Assembly: GCA_019358915.1 (NCBI GenBank)
Contig: JAHHIM010000069.1
Location: 1-11,880 of the forward strand
DNA from: Trichormus sp. ATA11-4-KO1
Lineage (GTDB): Bacteria; Cyanobacteriota; Cyanobacteriia; Cyanobacteriales; Nostocaceae
Length of the DNA: 11,880 nucleotides
Direction of reading: 5' to 3'
Positions within the stretch are counted from its first letter, which is position 1. Every line of letters starts with the position of its first letter. Below, in pieces: positions 7,897-11,880 of this stretch. The position numbers and the translations under genes are program-made. The notes beneath the pieces were generated by a model that worked only from the letters and a program-made list of their open reading frames with translations, was not told the origin of the DNA and made no database searches.

Positions 7897-7999
7897 TTAA
7901 ATCAAAAAGAGCGTGAGGAGGAAGAAGCAGCCAGGAGTGCGGCGGCGTTGGTAGCAGCTGATGAAGTAGATTCAGCAAAGGCGATCGCGCAAGAATTAA

Positions 8000-8173
8000 C
8001 CCTGTTTTGTCAATCTGGGAGAAGCCCACCTCGAGAAACCTTTCGGAGCTTTACTTTTCAATTTTTGGCTATAAATTTTAGTTTCTGTTAGAAAATAAAG
8101 CCTCAAGCCTTGATGAAATCAAAGTCTCAGAGTTTCGCTTCGATTATTGTTTTCCGCAAGTGATAAAACAGGG
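8000..8173. mobile_element. 174-bp IS701-like MITE or deletion derivative
   Basis: Terminal IRs CCCTGTTTTGTCA (8000-8012) and TGATAAAACAGGG (8161-8173) match at 12/13. The right end matches the IS701 IR at 6791 at 15/20. The left flank is TTAA. The minus strand reads ...SPRLTKQG* into that flank, like a transposase C-terminus. Confidence 0.7.
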
Positions 8174-8180
8174 CTATAGG

Positions 8181-11100
8181 TTACACAGTCACAAACGAAT
8201 TGGCAGTCAAGGTAGTGGTGTTTACCCCAGTCACAATTGCCAGAGTTTCATCACCAAATCGAATAGTGTTGCCTTCCAGGGATATCTGACCAAATGCCAG
8301 ACCGTTCACTAGTCCGATGAAGTCGGTGTTAACGCGAAAGTCTGTGATGGTATCCGTACCCTGCCCAGTTGCCAGGACGAAGGTATCGCGGTTATTACCG
8401 CCATTGAGAATATCGTCGCCGATTCCTCCCCAGAGGAAGTCATTGCCATTACCGCCATTGAGAAGGTCGTTGCCTTCCTGACCAAAGAGGGAGTCATTGC
8501 CATTACCGCCATTGAGAAGGTCGTTGCCGATTCCTCCTCTGAGGATGTCCTTGCCGTTGCCTCCAGAAATGGTGTCATTTCCGGCACCTCCAAAGATTTG
8601 GTCATCGCCATTGCCACCGGAGAGGGTGTCATCCCCCAAGCCACCAGAGAGAGTGTCATCTCCATTTCGGCCGGATAATCTGTCGTTATCTGCGCTACCG
8701 ACGATGCGGTCGTCGTTTCTTCTAGGTTTGGTGCCATCGATGGCGATCGCCGCCAGAATGGGGTCATGGTCACTGCCGCGATCAGGCAAGTCAGGAAACT
8801 CAGCATTGACATGAACCGCGTCAAATTCAGCTCCGGCTAGGAGGTTACCTGTGACGAAGATGTGGTCGAGGGGCGTTAGGTTGCCATTGGAGAACTGGAA
8901 ACTATAGCGTTCTAGTTCAGGCAATGTGTCGGTTAAGTTGAATAGCACTTGCTGGCCACCGTTCACGGTACCTTCCGCAAACGCATCCCATTCTTCATAG
9001 TCAAACCCGTTCCAGTCACCAGCCACAACAACCTTCGCATCTGGATTCCCAGCCAAAATACTATCCACAAAGGCATTGATTTCGGCTGCTTGTTCACTGC
9101 GAGCATCGGAACCACCGCGAATCACAGGCTGGATGTTACCGAAGTTTTCAATTCCGCCTGCGTTGTTGTGGACGCTGACCACCGTAACAGTTTCGCCATT
9201 GAAGACGAAGTCAGCCACCAGAGGCAGACGACTGCTTTCAAAGACGTTGTTTCCTGGGATACCATCTTGTTGGGTCGCTGGATCGCTGATGGGACGCAGG
9301 CTACCTTCAACCAGGTCTACTCGCGCTGGATTGTAAAGGAAGGCTGTACGGATGTTTCCGCCTGGTTCTCCACCATTGGTATCATCCGCAATAAAGGGGT
9401 TATCGATGAATTCATAGGTTGGCCCGCCATTGGCGGCGATCGCATCCACTAATCGTTGCAGTGTCACATCCGCCGCAAATACATCCGTGGCTCCACTTTC
9501 ATCTGCCGCCCCGTCATTGTCCTGAATCTCTTGCAGGGCAACTATATCAGGCGTATTTAGGTTATTGATAATCTGTTTAGCGATGGTATCGAATCGGCCA
9601 TCGGCGATATCCGAATCGCCCCCAACACTACCACCATCATTGGGGTCAAGGTTCAGCACGTTGTAGGCAGCAATCAACAGGCGATCGTCAGCACGTTGCA
9701 GATTGGTTACTTCAGGCTCTATTTCATTGCGTGTCACCGTAATCGGCTCTGTAGGCAGCAGTTCGTAAACGGTTCCCGCGTAGGAGAGAATGCCAGTTAC
9801 ATCCCCTAGGGAGGAGCCTTGAGGAATAATGGTATTGAAATCGTCGCCCAGATCAGTTAAAGCTCTAGCAAAATCAACCTCAATGCGCTCTGGATTGACA
9901 TCGGCAGTGAAAATATCGGTTGCGCCAACCCCAATGGTGACTCCATTGCGATCGTTGAGGCTATTGGACGACGCTCCCCCGTCAACCACCACAATTGCCG
10001 AGTCATCGTTGAAGGAAAAGCCAGGGCCGCCCGGAGGCGCAGACGACTGCACCACCAACGCATCATTGAGCGTCACTAGCATCCCTTCTAGAGATTCATA
10101 AAAGTCAATGCCGTCTTGTTCGGGGTCAAAGTTGGTATTGCCAACTTCCGGCAGGTTGAGGTTAATGGGGCCACCTGCTGCCACAAACTCCCCAGAGGTA
10201 GGAATTCCTTGACTTAAATCAACCCCAAACTCATCGGGGCTAACGACAAATTCGTTGGGTACGGTTCGACCACCTTGTCCCAGGACAACAGGTGCAGGTA
10301 GGTCAGCAGTGTCATTGAGTACAGTAACCTGGGGATTGGCAATTTGGGTTAATCCCAGTCCACCAGTGACTAATTCTTCAACCACACCAATGACTTCGAC
10401 TTCATTGCCAATGATGAAACTGGCTGCATCGGCACTTTCGACAAAGATGGCATCCGAGGTAGCATCATTACCGTCGCCCACAGCATCCTGTACATAGAAT
10501 CCGTTGGTAGCAATCGCGGTGATGACTCCGGTGGTTCTGACGGTTTGGCTGACCAAGGGAGACACATGACCCGCACCCTGAATCTCAGGAATTGAGGCAT
10601 CAATCGGATCACCCAGCACGGGATTTGCAGGTATCCCTGGAGTGTCATCAATCCCGAATGTGAATTGACCAATGACAAAATCTCCGGTGATATCAGGATC
10701 GCGGAACACTAAACCAGGCACAAAGTTGCCATCAGGTCCAACCTGGGTATCGCTATAAACCAGGTCGCCGCTACCAACCGTTTCAATTAAAGCAACGCTA
10801 TCCACAATGGAGTCCCACGGTGTGATATCCAGAATGCCATCGTCATTAGTATCTAAGTCTTGACCATCAGTACCTGTAAAGTTGCTGACTAACAGATGGG
10901 TCACATTGTCACTGTTTTCAAAATTCAGCAAGCCACCCGGTGAACCAGACGGCCCAACCAAGTCGAGGGTGGCCACAAAGGGATTTGTGTCTTCGCCCGC
11001 AGCAAACAGACCGTCTGCCTGAATTGCTTGACCATCAAGTTCGACAAAGGCTTCAGTTACGCCGCTACCGCCTTCGGCGCTATCGCCAATCACGATATAG

Positions 11101-11213
11101 GTGAGATTATCCAGCGAAGTTCCAGGAGTACCTCCCAGCTCAAAAAACTCACCCACATCCACACCGGGTTGATCGATACGGATTTCGTTGATCATGATTT
11201 TTTCGGTAGTCAT
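8181..11213 (-). CDS. ExeM/NucH-like extracellular endonuclease: lamin-tail-like domain, OB-fold, EEP (DNase I-like) domain and RTX repeats (~1010 aa)
   Basis: AAGGAGAG RBS precedes ATG 11213. N-terminal INEIRID...EFFEL; SIPEIQG...TTGVITAIATNGFYVQD...SDAIFV; ESLEGMLV; NPERI. EEP motifs YNVLNL, ALQEIQD, AGDWN, LDHIFV and SDHDPI. No N-terminal signal peptide is seen. Confidence 0.88.
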   Translation of the reverse strand: MTTEKIMINEIRIDQPGVDVGEFFELGGTPGTSLDNLTYIVIGDSAEGGSGVTEAFVELDGQAIQADGLFAAGEDTNPFVATLDLVGPSGSPGGLLNFENSDNVTHLLVSNFTGTDGQDLDTNDDGILDITPWDSIVDSVALIETVGSGDLVYSDTQVGPDGNFVPGLVFRDPDITGDFVIGQFTFGIDDTPGIPANPVLGDPIDASIPEIQGAGHVSPLVSQTVRTTGVITAIATNGFYVQDAVGDGNDATSDAIFVESADAASFIIGNEVEVIGVVEELVTGGLGLTQIANPQVTVLNDTADLPAPVVLGQGGRTVPNEFVVSPDEFGVDLSQGIPTSGEFVAAGGPINLNLPEVGNTNFDPEQDGIDFYESLEGMLVTLNDALVVQSSAPPGGPGFSFNDDSAIVVVDGGASSNSLNDRNGVTIGVGATDIFTADVNPERIEVDFARALTDLGDDFNTIIPQGSSLGDVTGILSYAGTVYELLPTEPITVTRNEIEPEVTNLQRADDRLLIAAYNVLNLDPNDGGSVGGDSDIADGRFDTIAKQIINNLNTPDIVALQEIQDNDGAADESGATDVFAADVTLQRLVDAIAANGGPTYEFIDNPFIADDTNGGEPGGNIRTAFLYNPARVDLVEGSLRPISDPATQQDGIPGNNVFESSRLPLVADFVFNGETVTVVSVHNNAGGIENFGNIQPVIRGGSDARSEQAAEINAFVDSILAGNPDAKVVVAGDWNGFDYEEWDAFAEGTVNGGQQVLFNLTDTLPELERYSFQFSNGNLTPLDHIFVTGNLLAGAEFDAVHVNAEFPDLPDRGSDHDPILAAIAIDGTKPRRNDDRIVGSADNDRLSGRNGDDTLSGGLGDDTLSGGNGDDQIFGGAGNDTISGGNGKDILRGGIGNDLLNGGNGNDSLFGQEGNDLLNGGNGNDFLWGGIGDDILNGGNNRDTFVLATGQGTDTITDFRVNTDFIGLVNGLAFGQISLEGNTIRFGDETLAIVTGVNTTTLTANSFVTV
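8376..8699 (-). repeat. 12 tandem RTX (hemolysin-type Ca2+-binding) nonapeptide repeats, 27-bp period
   Basis: GSADNDRLS GRNGDDTLS GGLGDDTLS GGNGDDQIF GGAGNDTIS GGNGKDILR GGIGNDLLN GGNGNDSLF GQEGNDLLN GGNGNDFLW GGIGDDILN GGNNRDTFV. Confidence 0.95.
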
Positions 11214-11543
11214 TATGCTCTCCTTCAAGTCAGTGAACATGACACACACCTTTGTTGCAAGGACTCTAAAATCTCTGGCAGCAAAGCTAAGGGTATACCC
11301 CCATCAGCATGAGTATGTGAATCTATTGGCACTTAGTTTAAAGTAAGTACGGCAGGTAAAACAGTCCAAACAAAAATATCACTTGTATCTGAAGCTTGGC
11401 TTAAGAAGAATTTGAATTTAGGTTATGATTTGGGCTTTGTTGCATGAAAGAAAAAAAGAGATACTTTTCCTGGGTTGGAGCAGTAATTAATCTTCAACCT
11501 TGTAGCTATCTGGCTTGCCCAAGTGAATCATGCGGTTAAGTGG

Positions 11544-11754
11544 ATGCCTAAGCCAGGAAGTCACCCCCCTGACTCGGCTACAAAACCGTGCATGAAACGT
11601 TAACTTCACACGGCTCCTCGATGATTTGGTGCTTGACAAACACACCTATAAATTCCAAGTTAAAAGAGATTACAGTTGAGATAATCCTCATCTATTTCTG
11701 GAACTGTAACAGCAACTTTATCGGCTGCCGTTTTAGCATCATGGCAATGTCCAT
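11544..11754 (-). mobile_element. 3' remnant of a group II intron (end of the RT/HNH ORF, domain V, domain VI)
   Basis: DV (11616-11583) is the 34-nt GAGCCGTGTGAAGTTAACGTTTCATGCACGGTTT with the AGC triad. DVI is GCC-GAGTCAGGGGG-GTGA-CTTCCTGGCTT-A-GGC-AT with a bulged A at 11549. The exact 3' splice site is uncertain by a few nt. Confidence 0.9.
11660..11752 (-). pseudogene. Last 30 codons of a group II intron-encoded protein (HNH endonuclease tail)
   Basis: GHCHDAKTAADKVAVTVPEIDEDYLNCNLF* matches the H-x-H-C-H-D-x-K-T end of cyanobacterial intron RT-HNH proteins. It lies just upstream of DV and is not in the ORF track. Confidence 0.8.
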
Positions 11755-11880
11755 CAGGACTTACGCAACTGGCACAGGCGATCGCTAAATTAAAGTACAT
11801 TTGTATTACATAAGTGACGGAACTGGCACAGGGCGATACCTATTTTGGTTGATAGTACAAAGGGATGAATAAAAACGGAT
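11755..11880 (+). mobile_element. Terminal IR of an IS4-like element or MITE extending beyond the window
   Basis: CAGGACTTACGCA at 11755-11767 is a terminus I recall from cyanobacterial IS4-like elements and MITEs. It begins exactly where the intron ORF breaks off (expected CAT His codon reads GAT). Confidence 0.6.

Larger units (their letters stand above)
213..11785. repeat. Dispersed HIP1 octamers GCGATCGC
   Basis: Found at 213-220, 7981-7988, 8743-8750, 9436-9443 and 11778-11785. None was seen between 221 and 7980. Confidence 0.8.

Noticed and set aside
7798..8091. ORFs 7798-8091 and 7847-8029 as genes
   Set aside because: Chimeric frames spanning the IS701 end, the orphan fragment and the MITE.
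8309..11312. Nine alternative-frame or antisense ORFs overlapping the nuclease gene
   Set aside because: Expected shadows of a GC-richer, repeat-containing gene; their periodicity mirrors the RTX repeats.
11588..11788. 66-aa + strand ORF
   Set aside because: Antisense to the group II intron remnant and crosses the IS junction.

Overview
Accessory, probably plasmid- or island-like, DNA of a cyanobacterium, likely Nostocales (five GCGATCGC HIP1 sites, cyanobacterial IS types). Much of the window is mobile-element rubble: a TGT-terminated Tn7/Mu-like end that truncates a plasmid-type gene, a broken HTH-antitoxin/PIN-toxin pair, a nested ISL3 structure (a 305-bp mini-element joined to an inverted, truncated parent copy), an IS4-like fragment, an internally deleted IS701 pseudogene, a 174-bp IS701-like MITE, the 3' end of a group II intron and an IS4-like end. 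Only three long genes look intact. (1) An AT-rich ~530-aa protein: a degenerate TDO-like repeat, a full tryptophan-2,3-dioxygenase-like heme domain and a C-terminal SnoaL/NTF2-like domain. This is the most novel item. (2) A convergent orphan cytoplasmic PAS-PAS histidine kinase. (3) A GC-richer ~1010-aa ExeM/NucH-like extracellular nuclease with RTX repeats. All family calls come from motifs recognised by eye; no searches were run.
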